Below are positions 39,447 through 50,166 of a stretch of DNA of 64,000 nt, piece after piece. Under the pieces are notes generated by a model that was given only the letters and a program-made list of their open reading frames with translations, did no database searches and was not told the DNA's origin. Source of the DNA: Ignavibacteriales bacterium. GTDB taxonomy: Bacteria; Bacteroidota; Ignavibacteria; UBA10030; F1-140-MAGs086. Positions within the stretch are counted from its first letter, which is position 1; each line of letters begins with the position of its first letter. The position numbers and the translations under genes were made by a program. Where the stretch lies: contig JAGXRH010000024.1 of NCBI GenBank assembly GCA_018335975.1, positions 30,738 to 94,737 of the forward strand. Direction: 5' to 3'.

Positions 39447-39677
39447 ATGCCAACAAAAATTATTATCAAATCCAACGGTAGCATCAAAGCCGAAGGAGAG
39501 TTTGAACTCTTCGACGACAAAGGAAACAAATTCGATATCGGTGAACGCACGCGCATTTCTCTTTGTCGCTGCGGGCTCAGTAAAACAAAACCATTCTGCG
39601 ACCACTCCCATCGCGACGGTAATTTTCAAGCGGAGAGTATTGCCTTTGCGCTTCCTCCGCCGATGCCGAAACAGTAA
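39447..39677 (+). CDS. CDGSH iron-sulfur domain protein
   Basis: LCRCGLSKTKPFCDHSH. Confidence 0.9.
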   Translation: MPTKIIIKSNGSIKAEGEFELFDDKGNKFDIGERTRISLCRCGLSKTKPFCDHSHRDGNFQAESIAFALPPPMPKQ

Positions 39678-39760
39678 TATATTTACGAATTACGATTTAC
39701 GAATTGCGATTTACGATTCCAACTTACAACTTGAAACTCTAAACCCGAAACGGAATTTCA

Positions 39761-41077
39761 ATGCAGCACGAAAATTTTTACATAACAATGCAAGACGGAA
39801 CGGTGAAACAAGTCAATCCGTTCACCGGCGCGGAAGTGTGGTCTGTGCCGGGGCGCAGCAATAAACCGATTACGAACGGCGTTCCAACAACTTCAAAAAA
39901 GGTTGACCTTCATTCGCCGGAAGATTATTGCAGTTTTTGCGCCGCGCGCTATTTTGAAACTCCGCCGGAAAAAGCGCGGATGATTATGCAAGAGGGAAAG
40001 TATCTTTCCATCAAACATCTTTCCGCGCCGGAATATTTTTCGAGCGAAGCATTGTTCCGCCGTACGCCGAATTTATTTGAAATCGTTACGCTCGATTACT
40101 GGAAGAAAAATTTCGACTATCGGATGAACGATGAATTGTTGCAGTGGCGCGATGCGTACATCAAAAACGGATTGGGAAAAAATCATTTGCTCAACATTCT
40201 CAATTACAAATTGAAGCAAACGGGAAAAACCGATGATGAAATTGCCGCAATTCCCGGCGATGAAAAATTACAACTCGCAGATGCATTTTTCGGCGGCGGA
40301 CACGATTTAATTATTGCAGGACAACATTACATCCGAGATGCAGAATTCGATTACCAGCTTTTTTCATCGGGAGAAATGACACCGGAAGAACATTATCACT
40401 ACTTCACGTTTACGATTGAAGCGATGCGCGATATCATTGCAAACAATCGGTATGTGCGGTACATCAGCGTGTTTCAAAACTGGCTTCGTCCTGCAGGCGC
40501 ATCGTTCGACCATTTGCACAAACAACTTGTCGCGCTCGATGAATGGGGCTCTTCGTTGCAGCATCAAACGAAAATGGTGCGCGAAGACCCGAATGTATTT
40601 AACGAGTTCGGAGTAAATTTTGCCGCGCATCATAATTTAGTCTTTGCGGAAAATGAATTTGCTATTGCGTTTATCGGCATCGGTCACCGTTTTCCGACGA
40701 TTGAAGTGTACTCGCGTTCCGTTGCGGGAAATCCGTTCGACCAAACTCCTGAAGAAGTTCGCGGCGTGAGTGATTTGGTGCATTCGATTCACGCGGCATT
40801 GGGAAGTCAGGTTTCGTGCAATGAGGAATGGTATTACACGCCGTTCGATTCGATTTACAAAATGCCGTGGCACGTGTTGATTAAACTGCGCGTCAATATT
40901 CCCGCGGGATTTGAAGGGGGAACGGGAATTTATCTCAACCCGATGACGCCGCCGGAACTTCGCGATAAAATTGTTCCGCGAATGTATAAACTCCGCGACG
41001 AAGGAAAAGTGAGCGGCAATCGTGTTGCCGAAGAGTGCAGCGTTGTTCCGAACCCGTTGAAGTATTATTTGAGGTAG
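39761..41077 (+). CDS. DUF4921 family protein, GalT/HIT-like nucleotidyltransferase fold
   Basis: DGTVKQVNPFTGAEVWSVPGR; FQNW...GASFDHLHKQ; AGFEGGTGIY. Confidence 0.8.
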   Translation: MQHENFYITMQDGTVKQVNPFTGAEVWSVPGRSNKPITNGVPTTSKKVDLHSPEDYCSFCAARYFETPPEKARMIMQEGKYLSIKHLSAPEYFSSEALFRRTPNLFEIVTLDYWKKNFDYRMNDELLQWRDAYIKNGLGKNHLLNILNYKLKQTGKTDDEIAAIPGDEKLQLADAFFGGGHDLIIAGQHYIRDAEFDYQLFSSGEMTPEEHYHYFTFTIEAMRDIIANNRYVRYISVFQNWLRPAGASFDHLHKQLVALDEWGSSLQHQTKMVREDPNVFNEFGVNFAAHHNLVFAENEFAIAFIGIGHRFPTIEVYSRSVAGNPFDQTPEEVRGVSDLVHSIHAALGSQVSCNEEWYYTPFDSIYKMPWHVLIKLRVNIPAGFEGGTGIYLNPMTPPELRDKIVPRMYKLRDEGKVSGNRVAEECSVVPNPLKYYLR

Positions 41078-41110
41078 TGTGTTGTGGTTTTAACAAGTGA
41101 ACATTAAAAA

Positions 41111-42250
41111 ATGACGCAACAAGAACTAAATAAGTTACTGGAAACGACATTTACAATTCCTGTTGAGATTAGGTTGAATACATTTCCCAATGACACACCT
41201 TACCCACAAATAGCGAATTTACAACAGACTGGTTTTGAAATTTCAGCACGAGAACTTTTACATGCTATTGGTTCAAAGACTGCATCACTTCCGGCAAACT
41301 ATCAAGACGAGTGCATAAACTCTGCATATAAATTTCTGCATCTCCTGGATTTTGAAGGAGAGCATCTTGGTTACAAGACGATTATCAATATTGGTTCTGA
41401 CCTTCAGACAAACACAAGCAATGAAATTGGCATCGGTTTCGGCTGCTTAATCGCAAACAAACTATTCAATGTTGATTGGGACACATTAGAACCAATTCTA
41501 GGTCATGGGATGAAATTTGATTATCGGGCGACAAATCCTGGCCAGAACTATGTTTACGAGTTTAAGGGAACTAAACATCGTAAAAAACAAAACGAGCAAA
41601 TTGGAAATGGATTAGATAAAAAAAATGAAATGCATAATCGAAATGAATCATACGATGTAGAATTGATTGTTTCAGCTCACTTAGGATATTCAAATCAAGA
41701 GCCGAGAATAATATTAGCCGACCCAAAATTTCATGGCTTTGAAAATGAATTCACGGAAGAGGCAAAAATAATTTACCGATTAAGACACTTGGCGAGGATA
41801 GCACAGTATATTGGTAACTCACAATTAGGTAGGGTGCTTTACATGCAATCAAGAAAACTTCTTATTAAAAAGGATATTGCGCAAGTTCAAGAGTTCGGTG
41901 AAAAATTATTAAAGCATGAGTTGCGGTCAAGAGAATCTCAAAAGATGTTAGAACGAATAATTACTATAACCGTTGACAACAGAAATTTCATTGGTCGTTG
42001 GGTCTCTTATTGGCAACCGAAAACAAAAAATTTCAAGGGGAATGATTTTAGACTTCCGAGATTTTCCAAAAGAGGTAAAGTAGAAATCTTCCAAGGCGCA
42101 TCCGCAGATATTTATAAAACAATGACTGAAACCTCATTAACTGCGTTAAAAGAAAAATTGCAATATGTACAAGCTAAATACAAAACCAATGACGATATTG
42201 AATTCACAACCTTTGATGACGGAACTACAATGGCGTTTCGTATCATTTAG
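41111..42250 (+). CDS. Hypothetical protein, putative PD-(D/E)xK nuclease
   Basis: SNEIG...KFDY...YEFKG; codon style differs from neighbours. Confidence 0.55.
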   Translation: MTQQELNKLLETTFTIPVEIRLNTFPNDTPYPQIANLQQTGFEISARELLHAIGSKTASLPANYQDECINSAYKFLHLLDFEGEHLGYKTIINIGSDLQTNTSNEIGIGFGCLIANKLFNVDWDTLEPILGHGMKFDYRATNPGQNYVYEFKGTKHRKKQNEQIGNGLDKKNEMHNRNESYDVELIVSAHLGYSNQEPRIILADPKFHGFENEFTEEAKIIYRLRHLARIAQYIGNSQLGRVLYMQSRKLLIKKDIAQVQEFGEKLLKHELRSRESQKMLERIITITVDNRNFIGRWVSYWQPKTKNFKGNDFRLPRFSKRGKVEIFQGASADIYKTMTETSLTALKEKLQYVQAKYKTNDDIEFTTFDDGTTMAFRII

Positions 42251-42267
42251 ATAACTTAACATCTCTC

Positions 42268-43119
42268 TTGCTCCTCCGCGCGTACGCTAAAATCAATCTC
42301 GGTCTTCGTGTTCTCAGAAAACGTGCCGATGGCTTTCACGACATTGAAACAGTTTTTCATCGCATCAATTTGTTTGATGAAATTGAATTGACGGCGTGTG
42401 ATGCAGGAATTTCTATTTCGTGCGCCAATGAAAACATTCCGCTTGACGCAGGAAATCTCTGCGTGCAAGCGGCGATGTTATTTCAACAAGAAACAAACAT
42501 ACATCGCGGCGTTGATATAAAACTCAATAAAATAATTCCTGTTGGCGCAGGACTTGGCGGTGGAAGTTCCGATGCGGCAACGGTTCTTCTCGCGCTTTCC
42601 GAGTTGTGGAAAATTCCCGTTCCGTTTTTAAAACTTCGTGAACTCGCGCTCAAACTTGGTTCCGATGTTCCGTATTTTTTACTCGATGGAACTGCGTATG
42701 CAACCGGACGCGGCGAAGTGTTGGAATATTTTCCGTTTACCGTTCCGTATTGGATTGTTGTACTTTTTCCCAACGAACAAATATTTACGAAATGGGCGTA
42801 TCAACACGTGCGAGTGAAAGATGATTACAAAAAATCCATCAAAGAAATTTTGTTGGAAAACATTCACGATATGGAACAACTGCGCGAGCATTTGGATAAC
42901 GATTTTGAAGAACCCATCTTCGAACAATTTCCACTCATCAGAGATTTGCGGAAAGGATTTTATCTTTCCGGCGCAGAATACGTTTCGCTTTCGGGAAGCG
43001 GTTCGGCGATGTATGGCTTTTACAAAGATGAAAACGACGCTCGCAAATTTCAACGAACGATGGTGGACAAAATTCAAATGCTCACATACATTACACCGCC
43101 AAATTTTACAACAATATAA
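42268..43119 (+). CDS. ispE: 4-diphosphocytidyl-2-C-methyl-D-erythritol kinase
   Basis: AYAKINLGL, PVGAGLGGGSSDAA, LGSDVPYF, SGSGS. Confidence 0.96.
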   Translation: MLLRAYAKINLGLRVLRKRADGFHDIETVFHRINLFDEIELTACDAGISISCANENIPLDAGNLCVQAAMLFQQETNIHRGVDIKLNKIIPVGAGLGGGSSDAATVLLALSELWKIPVPFLKLRELALKLGSDVPYFLLDGTAYATGRGEVLEYFPFTVPYWIVVLFPNEQIFTKWAYQHVRVKDDYKKSIKEILLENIHDMEQLREHLDNDFEEPIFEQFPLIRDLRKGFYLSGAEYVSLSGSGSAMYGFYKDENDARKFQRTMVDKIQMLTYITPPNFTTI

Positions 43120-43226
43120 TTCACTTGGGATTATTGTGATTGAACAGATTCCAATTTCAATAATACCAATAATGCCAAGTGAATAAACTTTCCAATCTAA
43201 AATCTTAAATATAAAATCTAAAATTA
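43119..43226. repeat. Palindrome with ~9-nt units followed by an AATCTAA heptamer tract
   Basis: ATTCACTTGGGATTATTG...CAATAATGCCAAGTGAAT, then AATCTAA AATCTTA AATATAA AATCTAA. Confidence 0.65.
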
Positions 43227-43227
43227 C

Positions 43228-45171
43228 TTGATATCCCTCCAAAACATTTCCATACAATTCGGCGGCGAATATTTATTTGAAGACGTTTCGTTTTACATCA
43301 ACGCGAACGACAGAATCGGTTTAGTCGGTTCAAACGGCGCGGGCAAAACAACGCTGATGAAAATTCTTATCGGAAAGCAAGAACCGGATTCCGGCATTGT
43401 ACAAAAAGCGAAGTACGTTTCCATCGGTTATTTGCAGCAAGAAACCGAACATCTCGAAGGACGAAGTTTAATTGAAGAAACCGAATCCGCTTTTGATGAT
43501 GTAAAAAAAATCGAAAGCGATTTAGAAGAAATACATCTGCAACTGCAAAACACATCGCACGAAAATCCGGAGTTCAACGATTTGATTGAATTGCAAGGAG
43601 AATTTCAACACAAACTCGAAGCGCTCGACGCATTTCGTATTCGTTCCAAAACGGAAAAAGTATTGATGGGGCTTGGTTTTTCCGTTGAAGATTTCGGGCG
43701 CGATTGCAATGAGTTCAGCGGCGGTTGGCAAATGCGAATTTCTCTCGCAAAACTTTTATTGAAAAATCCTTCGCTACTTCTTCTTGATGAACCGACAAAT
43801 CATCTCGATATTGAATCGCTGGAATGGTTGGAAAATTACTTGCGTTCGTATGAAGGCGCGATAGTGTTAATTTCCCACGACCGCGCATTTCTCGATAATA
43901 TGACGAAACGAACGCTTGCAATCGTGAATGGAAACTTTGAAGAGTATTCCGGCAATTATTCTTTTTACGAAACGGAATCAGTTGCGCGAAAAGCGTTGGT
44001 CGTTGCCGCGTTCAAAAATCAACAGTCGCAAATAAAACAAACCGAACAATTCATCGAACGATTCCGGTACAAAGCAACGAAAGCACGACAGGTGCAAAGC
44101 CGCATCAAACAATTGGATAAAGTGGAACGCATCGAAATTGAAGATGAAGAAAGCGGAATACGATTTCATTTTCCCTCACCGCCGCCATCGGGGAAGGTGG
44201 TAATGGAGTTGAAAAGTATTTCAAAGAAGTATGGCGATAATCTCGTTCTTACGAATTTAAATTTTATGGTTGAACGCGGCGATAGAATTGCCTTCGTCGG
44301 GGTGAATGGCGCGGGAAAATCAACACTTTCCAAAATAATTGCGGGAGTGGAAAAATTAACTTCCGGCGAACGCATCGTTGGTTACAATGCAGCCATTGCC
44401 TATTTCGCCCAACATCAAGCGGATGAACTCGATGGAAACAAAACGGTGTATGAAAGCGCGGCAGAACTTTCCTCCGGCGAATCGAGAACACGATTGCAAA
44501 CACTTCTCGGAAGTTTTTTATTTCGCGGTGATGATGTAATGAAAAAAGTTCGTGTGTTAAGCGGCGGAGAAAAAAGTCGTTTGGCGTTGGCAAGAATGTT
44601 GCTTTCACCCGCGAATTTATTGGTGATGGACGAACCGACCAATCATTTAGATATGCGTTCCAAAAAAATATTGCAGGATGCGCTGGAAAAATTTGACGGA
44701 ACGTACATCATCGTTTCACACGACAGACATTTTCTTGACACGATTGTCAATAAAGTTGTGGAAGTGAAAAACCACTCAGCAAAAACATACATCGGAAATG
44801 TTTCGGAATATCTCGCGGCAAAGAAAAAAGAAATTGAACAAGCGAACGTAAAACCGCAATCACAAAACCAATCTCGAGCGCGGACGAATGAAATGAAACG
44901 TGCGGAAGCGGAAGAACGCCAGCGGATTTCAAAATTCACAAAAACGCTGAAAGAAAAGTTGCACAAAGTAGAAAAGGAACTTGAAACGAAGGAAGAAAGA
45001 AAAAGCGAATGTGAGAAACTGATGAGCGACCCGAATTTTTATACAAATGCGGAACAGGTGAAATCTGTAACCACGGAATTCAAAAAACTCAGCGAGGATG
45101 TCAGTTGGTTATATGCAGATTGGGAAAAATTGACCGCAGATATCGAAAAGGTTGTGAAAGCGAATTCTTAA
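43228..45171 (+). CDS. ABC-F family ATPase
   Basis: Two NBDs (GSNGAGKT, FSGGWQMR, LDEPTNHLD; GVNGAGKS, LSGGEKSR), no TM, coiled-coil tail. Confidence 0.95.
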   Translation: MISLQNISIQFGGEYLFEDVSFYINANDRIGLVGSNGAGKTTLMKILIGKQEPDSGIVQKAKYVSIGYLQQETEHLEGRSLIEETESAFDDVKKIESDLEEIHLQLQNTSHENPEFNDLIELQGEFQHKLEALDAFRIRSKTEKVLMGLGFSVEDFGRDCNEFSGGWQMRISLAKLLLKNPSLLLLDEPTNHLDIESLEWLENYLRSYEGAIVLISHDRAFLDNMTKRTLAIVNGNFEEYSGNYSFYETESVARKALVVAAFKNQQSQIKQTEQFIERFRYKATKARQVQSRIKQLDKVERIEIEDEESGIRFHFPSPPPSGKVVMELKSISKKYGDNLVLTNLNFMVERGDRIAFVGVNGAGKSTLSKIIAGVEKLTSGERIVGYNAAIAYFAQHQADELDGNKTVYESAAELSSGESRTRLQTLLGSFLFRGDDVMKKVRVLSGGEKSRLALARMLLSPANLLVMDEPTNHLDMRSKKILQDALEKFDGTYIIVSHDRHFLDTIVNKVVEVKNHSAKTYIGNVSEYLAAKKKEIEQANVKPQSQNQSRARTNEMKRAEAEERQRISKFTKTLKEKLHKVEKELETKEERKSECEKLMSDPNFYTNAEQVKSVTTEFKKLSEDVSWLYADWEKLTADIEKVVKANS

Positions 45172-45270
45172 ACAGATACGCGCAGAAGAAATACCCACCG
45201 CCGTATCTTTTCTTCTCTGACAATTTCACTATCTTTTCCCCGCATTTTTATTTAAGCAGGAAAATCAATT

Positions 45271-45789
45271 ATGAAAAAATCAATATTCATCGTTTCAATA
45301 ATATTTCTCTTTCTCCTCACCAACGTTTCTTTTTCGGGAGAGAAAGAAGAATCTGCAAAAGCGCCGAAGGTTGAAATTGCCCAATGGTTGCAAGGTGAAG
45401 TAAAAGCCGCTAAAGGAAAAAATTTCTACGAAGGAAAAACGCTCGTGCTCGAGTTCTGGGCGACGTGGTGCGGACCGTGCAGAAGAATCATTCCGCATAT
45501 GAATGAACTCGTGGACCAATTCAAAAGCGACAGCGTCATTTTCCTTTCGCTCTCCGATGAAAAGAAAGAGGTCGTGGAACCCTTTCTTGCAAAAAATAAA
45601 ATGAAAGCATCTATTGCGCTCGATAATCAGGATAAAACCTTCAGCGCATACGGAGTTTCTTCCATTCCCAATATGTTCGTCATTGATAAAAAAGGCAATG
45701 TGGTTTGGGGCGGTCATCCGGCAATGTTTTCAAAAGAAATGCTCGAAGTATATTTGAAAACCGGCGCATTTCCCGAAAGCAAAGAATAA
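45271..45789 (+). CDS. TlpA-family thiol:disulfide reductase
   Basis: Signal peptide, FWATWCGPC, SIP. Confidence 0.9.
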   Translation: MKKSIFIVSIIFLFLLTNVSFSGEKEESAKAPKVEIAQWLQGEVKAAKGKNFYEGKTLVLEFWATWCGPCRRIIPHMNELVDQFKSDSVIFLSLSDEKKEVVEPFLAKNKMKASIALDNQDKTFSAYGVSSIPNMFVIDKKGNVVWGGHPAMFSKEMLEVYLKTGAFPESKE

Positions 45790-45855
45790 CTTCGACGCAC
45801 CTTCTCATTCAAATTACATTTTTGTATCTTTTCGCCCCAAATTATTTTTTTATTT

Positions 45856-47217
45856 ATGGAGACTGATATGTTTCGATTGAAATCTTCACTTTTATTTTTG
45901 TCTTTTCTGTTTATGTTCGTAACAACCTATGCTTCCGATGAGAGCAAAATTTTTCCGTATCCCGTCAACAAAGTCGTTTTAGAAAACGGTTTGACGCTCA
46001 TTTCAATTCCGTACGAAAGCCCGGGAATTGTTGCGTATTACACGGTGGTGCGTACCGGTTCCCGCAATGAAGTGGAAATCGGAAAGTCCGGTTTCGCGCA
46101 TTTCTTTGAGCATATGATGTTTCGCGGAACCGAAAAATATTCCGCGCATGCATATAATGATGCGGTGAAAAAACTCGGCAGCGACGCAAACGCCTTTACC
46201 GACGACGATTGGACGGCGTATCACCTTGTTGCAAGTTCCTCCGCGCTGGAAACGATTATGGATATTGAAAGCGACCGGTTCAAAAATTTGAAATACGCCG
46301 AAGAAGATTTCAAGACCGAAGCGGGAGCAATTATGGGGGAATACAATAAGAGTTATTCCAACCCGATGCTTTCGATGTTTGAAAAATTACAAGATGCGGC
46401 GTTTACCACACACACGTATAAACATACGACCATCGGTTTTTTAGACGATATAAAAGATATGCCGAACCAGTATAATTACAGTTTGCAATTTTTTGATAGA
46501 TGGTATCGCCCCGATAATTGTTTTTTGGTTGTTGTTGGCGATTTCGACCAAACGAAATTGGTTGACCTGACGAAAAAATATTATGGCGATTGGAAACGGG
46601 GAACGGCGAAACGTCCCGAAGTTCCGCAAGAGCCGCCGCAAACAGCAGAGAAAGTAATTTCGATGACGTGGAAAACTCCAACGTTACCGATGCTTGCGAT
46701 TGGTTATCACGTTCCTGCATTCAACGACAGAGAAGTGGATATTCCTGCGCTCGATGTTCTCTCGCAGTTGTATTTTTCCGAAAGCTCTTCTCTGTTTCAA
46801 AAATTAGTGGTTGAAGAACAACTTGTGGATTTTGTGGACGGCAGTTATCAAAATCACCGCGACCCGTGGCTGTTCGTCGTTCTTTCCCGCATAAAGGACA
46901 AAACGAACATAGAAAAAGTACAGAACGCAATTTATGCTGCACTGGATGAAGCCAAAACAAAACCCGTTTCCGCAGAACAACTTGCGAACGTAAAATCGCA
47001 TATGAAGTACCAATTTGCGATGGGATTAAATAATGCCGACGCCGTTGCCGTTACCGTCGGGAATTATTTGCAAATCACTGGCGACCACGAAAGCATCAAT
47101 CGTATCTATCAGATGTACGCCAAAGTTTCCGCCGAAGATATTATGACCGTGGCGAAAAAATATTTCACCAAAGAAAACCGAACCATACTCACGCTGACGC
47201 AGGAGGATTCCAAATGA
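45856..47217 (+). CDS. M16B zinc peptidase, catalytic subunit
   Basis: GFAHFFEHMMFRGT (HxxEH), NAFT. Confidence 0.92.
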   Translation: METDMFRLKSSLLFLSFLFMFVTTYASDESKIFPYPVNKVVLENGLTLISIPYESPGIVAYYTVVRTGSRNEVEIGKSGFAHFFEHMMFRGTEKYSAHAYNDAVKKLGSDANAFTDDDWTAYHLVASSSALETIMDIESDRFKNLKYAEEDFKTEAGAIMGEYNKSYSNPMLSMFEKLQDAAFTTHTYKHTTIGFLDDIKDMPNQYNYSLQFFDRWYRPDNCFLVVVGDFDQTKLVDLTKKYYGDWKRGTAKRPEVPQEPPQTAEKVISMTWKTPTLPMLAIGYHVPAFNDREVDIPALDVLSQLYFSESSSLFQKLVVEEQLVDFVDGSYQNHRDPWLFVVLSRIKDKTNIEKVQNAIYAALDEAKTKPVSAEQLANVKSHMKYQFAMGLNNADAVAVTVGNYLQITGDHESINRIYQMYAKVSAEDIMTVAKKYFTKENRTILTLTQEDSK

Positions 47218-48701
47218 AAACGACAATTTTTCTTCTTACCATATTTTTATTTATGTCAACAGCACTCTCAAGCTCGATGCGCATTGTGGAAATGCGTAGC
47301 GAGAAATCTCCGATTATTACCTTCCGCATCCAGTTTCGCACAGGAAGCATCAATGATGTTAAAGGCAAGGAAGGGATCAACGCCTTTACTGCATATTTGA
47401 TAGCGCAAGGCGGAACGCAGGAGCTCACGTACAAACAAGTGATTGATAAACTGTATCCTTGGGCAACGCAAATTGATGTTGTTGCGGATAAAGAAGTAAC
47501 CACCTTCATCGGAGAAACCCATCGTGACCATCTGGATAATTTTTATAAAATATTTTCCGATTTGATTCTCCATCCCCGTTTCGACGTAGAAGATTACAAC
47601 CGCTTGAAGGAAGACGGGATGAATTACCTGAAAACAACGTTACGCGGCACGAACGACGAAGAACTCGGAAAACAAGCAATGCAAGGAATGTTGTACGAAA
47701 ATCACCCGTATGGATGGACGAATGTTGGAACCGTGCAAGGAATTACAGCAACAACGCTCGAGGATATCAAAGTGTTTTACAAAACAAATTACACGCAGGC
47801 AAATTTAACAATCGGCATTGCCGGCGGTTACTCGAAGGGACTGCTTGAGAGGATGAAAAAAGATTTTGCTTCACTTCCCGAAGGTAAAAATAACGTCGTA
47901 GAACTTCCGAAAGCTAACCCAATCAACGATTTGGAAGTTACCATCGTTGATAAACAATCCATCGCCACGGCAATTTCCGTTGGCTTTCCCGTTTCTGTTA
48001 CAAGAGCAGATAAAGATTTTTATGCGTTGATGGTTGCCAATTCGTACTTCGGGGAACACCGAACATTTAATGGCGTGCTGATGAATAAAATCCGCGGTGA
48101 GCGGGGAATTAATTACGGAGATTATTCGTATGCAGAAAATTTTATTCAAGATGGAGGAACACGCTTTATGCTTCCGTGCGTACCGCGTCGCCAACAATTT
48201 TTCAGCATCTGGATTCGCCCGACAAAACCGGAAGATGCACATTTCAGTTTACGCGAAGCAATACGCGAGTTGAAAAAATTGTGCGAAAATGGTTTGACGA
48301 AAGAACAATTTGAAACCACGCGTGATTTTCTGATGAACTATTCCAAACTCTGGGTGCAAACACAAAACAGGAGATTAGGATTTGAACTCGATTCCAAATT
48401 TTACAACACGGAATTTTTTGTTGACAGATTAGAAAAAGAATTAAAGTCAATGACCGTGAAAGATGTCAACGATGTTATAAAAAAACATCTCCAATTCAAA
48501 AATGCAAAAGTAGCGATCGTTGCGGGAAATGCAAATGAGTTAAAAGAGAAGATTCTCACCAACGCAGAATCTCCGATTAAATATGCTTCCAAAGTTCCCG
48601 ACGCGATACTGGAGGAAGACAAAGATATCGTCAACCATCTCCTGAACATCAATAAAGGTGCGATAAAAATTGTTCCGGTGAACGCACTATTCGAAAAATA
48701 A
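47214..48701 (+). CDS. M16B peptidase partner subunit (no HxxEH)
   Basis: M16-like fold, IRGERGINYG R/Y motif, 4-nt overlap with partner. Confidence 0.85.
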   Translation: MKTTIFLLTIFLFMSTALSSSMRIVEMRSEKSPIITFRIQFRTGSINDVKGKEGINAFTAYLIAQGGTQELTYKQVIDKLYPWATQIDVVADKEVTTFIGETHRDHLDNFYKIFSDLILHPRFDVEDYNRLKEDGMNYLKTTLRGTNDEELGKQAMQGMLYENHPYGWTNVGTVQGITATTLEDIKVFYKTNYTQANLTIGIAGGYSKGLLERMKKDFASLPEGKNNVVELPKANPINDLEVTIVDKQSIATAISVGFPVSVTRADKDFYALMVANSYFGEHRTFNGVLMNKIRGERGINYGDYSYAENFIQDGGTRFMLPCVPRRQQFFSIWIRPTKPEDAHFSLREAIRELKKLCENGLTKEQFETTRDFLMNYSKLWVQTQNRRLGFELDSKFYNTEFFVDRLEKELKSMTVKDVNDVIKKHLQFKNAKVAIVAGNANELKEKILTNAESPIKYASKVPDAILEEDKDIVNHLLNINKGAIKIVPVNALFEK

Positions 48702-48717
48702 TTATACGAGACCGAAC

Positions 48718-50091
48718 ATGCAACAAACATTACAATATATCGAATCGAATAAAGAGCGTTACCTCAAAGAGGTCGCTGAATTTCTCCGCATTCCCAGCGT
48801 AAGTTCGCAGCCAAACAGAAAAGGCGAAGTTCTTCGGTGCTCTCAGTGGGTTGCTAATCAATTCAAAGCGATTGGGATGGAAAATGTTAGCATCGCTCCG
48901 ACTGCTGGTCACCCTGTTGTGTATGCAGATTGGTTGCATGCCCCCGGGAAACCGACGATACTGTTATACGGCCATTACGATGTACAGCCGGAAGACCCCG
49001 TGAATGAATGGAAATCGCCCCCCTTCGAAGCGAGTGTTCGAGAAGGAAAACTCTTTGCACGCGGTTCTGCCGATGATAAAGGTCAAGTGTTCATTCATTT
49101 GAAAGCGATTGAAGCAGTACTGAAAAATGAAGGCAAACTTCCTTTAAATCTCAAAGTGATTATCGAAGGGGAAGAAGAAGTGGGGAGTCCGAATCTCGAT
49201 GCATTTGTTTCTGCGAATAAGAAAAAACTTGCCGCCGATGTTGTTTTGATTTCCGATACTTCAATGTTTGCGCACGGTGTACCGACCATTTGCTACGGAT
49301 TACGAGGACTTGCATATTGCGAAATAGAAGTTACCGGACCGAACACCGATTTGCACAGCGGCGTTTTTGGCGGGTCTGTGCATAATCCGATTCAGGCATT
49401 GTCAGAAATCATAGCATCGTTGCACGATAAAAATGGACGCGTAACTATTCCCGGTTTTTATGATGATGTTCTCAAACTGTCGAAAGCAGAGAGAAATTCG
49501 TTTGCAAAACTTCCTTTTAAAGATAGCCAATATGCAAAGTTTCTTGGCGTGAAAGAGTTATATGGCGAAAAGGGGTTCACAACGCTCGAACGACGATGGG
49601 CTCGTCCAACATTAGAGTGCAACGGAATATGGGGCGGATATACCGGCGAAGGGGCAAAGACTGTTCTTCCCGGGAAAGCGTATGCAAAAATTTCGATGCG
49701 CCTTGTTCCAAATCAATCAGCAGAAAAAATCGCGACCCTGTTTGGGAAACATATTAAAAAGATAGCGCCGAAAACTGTTCAGGTAAAAGTTACCTATTTA
49801 CACGGAGGGGAAGCGGCAATTACCCCCATTGATTCGCCCGGTGTTCGTGCGGCAGTTATTGCGCTCGAAAAAGGTTTTGGGAAGAAACCATTATACCAGC
49901 GGGAAGGGGGTTCAATTCCCATTGTAACCAATTTCAAAAAAATTCTCGGACTCGATACCGTTCTTCTCGGTTTTGGTTTGCCCGATGAGAATGCCCACGC
50001 TCCAAACGAATTTATTTCTCTCGATAATTTTTTTGGTGGAATTAAAACCTCCGCGCATTATTATTACGAGTATTCTACTATCGCAAAGTAA
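48718..50091 (+). CDS. M20 family dipeptidase
   Basis: YGHYDVQP, RGSADDKGQ, EGEEEVGS, HAPNE. Confidence 0.93.
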   Translation: MQQTLQYIESNKERYLKEVAEFLRIPSVSSQPNRKGEVLRCSQWVANQFKAIGMENVSIAPTAGHPVVYADWLHAPGKPTILLYGHYDVQPEDPVNEWKSPPFEASVREGKLFARGSADDKGQVFIHLKAIEAVLKNEGKLPLNLKVIIEGEEEVGSPNLDAFVSANKKKLAADVVLISDTSMFAHGVPTICYGLRGLAYCEIEVTGPNTDLHSGVFGGSVHNPIQALSEIIASLHDKNGRVTIPGFYDDVLKLSKAERNSFAKLPFKDSQYAKFLGVKELYGEKGFTTLERRWARPTLECNGIWGGYTGEGAKTVLPGKAYAKISMRLVPNQSAEKIATLFGKHIKKIAPKTVQVKVTYLHGGEAAITPIDSPGVRAAVIALEKGFGKKPLYQREGGSIPIVTNFKKILGLDTVLLGFGLPDENAHAPNEFISLDNFFGGIKTSAHYYYEYSTIAK

Positions 50092-50166
50092 ACAGTTCGG
50101 TTTGTGGTTGGTGCTTTGAGGTTTGTTTTATTTCCTCCAACCCCCAACCAACAACCTCCAACCTAA

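Noticed and set aside
45856..48701. Second M16 gene as an inactivated pseudogene
   Set aside because: Pairs of HxxEH-bearing and HxxEH-lacking subunits are the established M16B heterodimer arrangement
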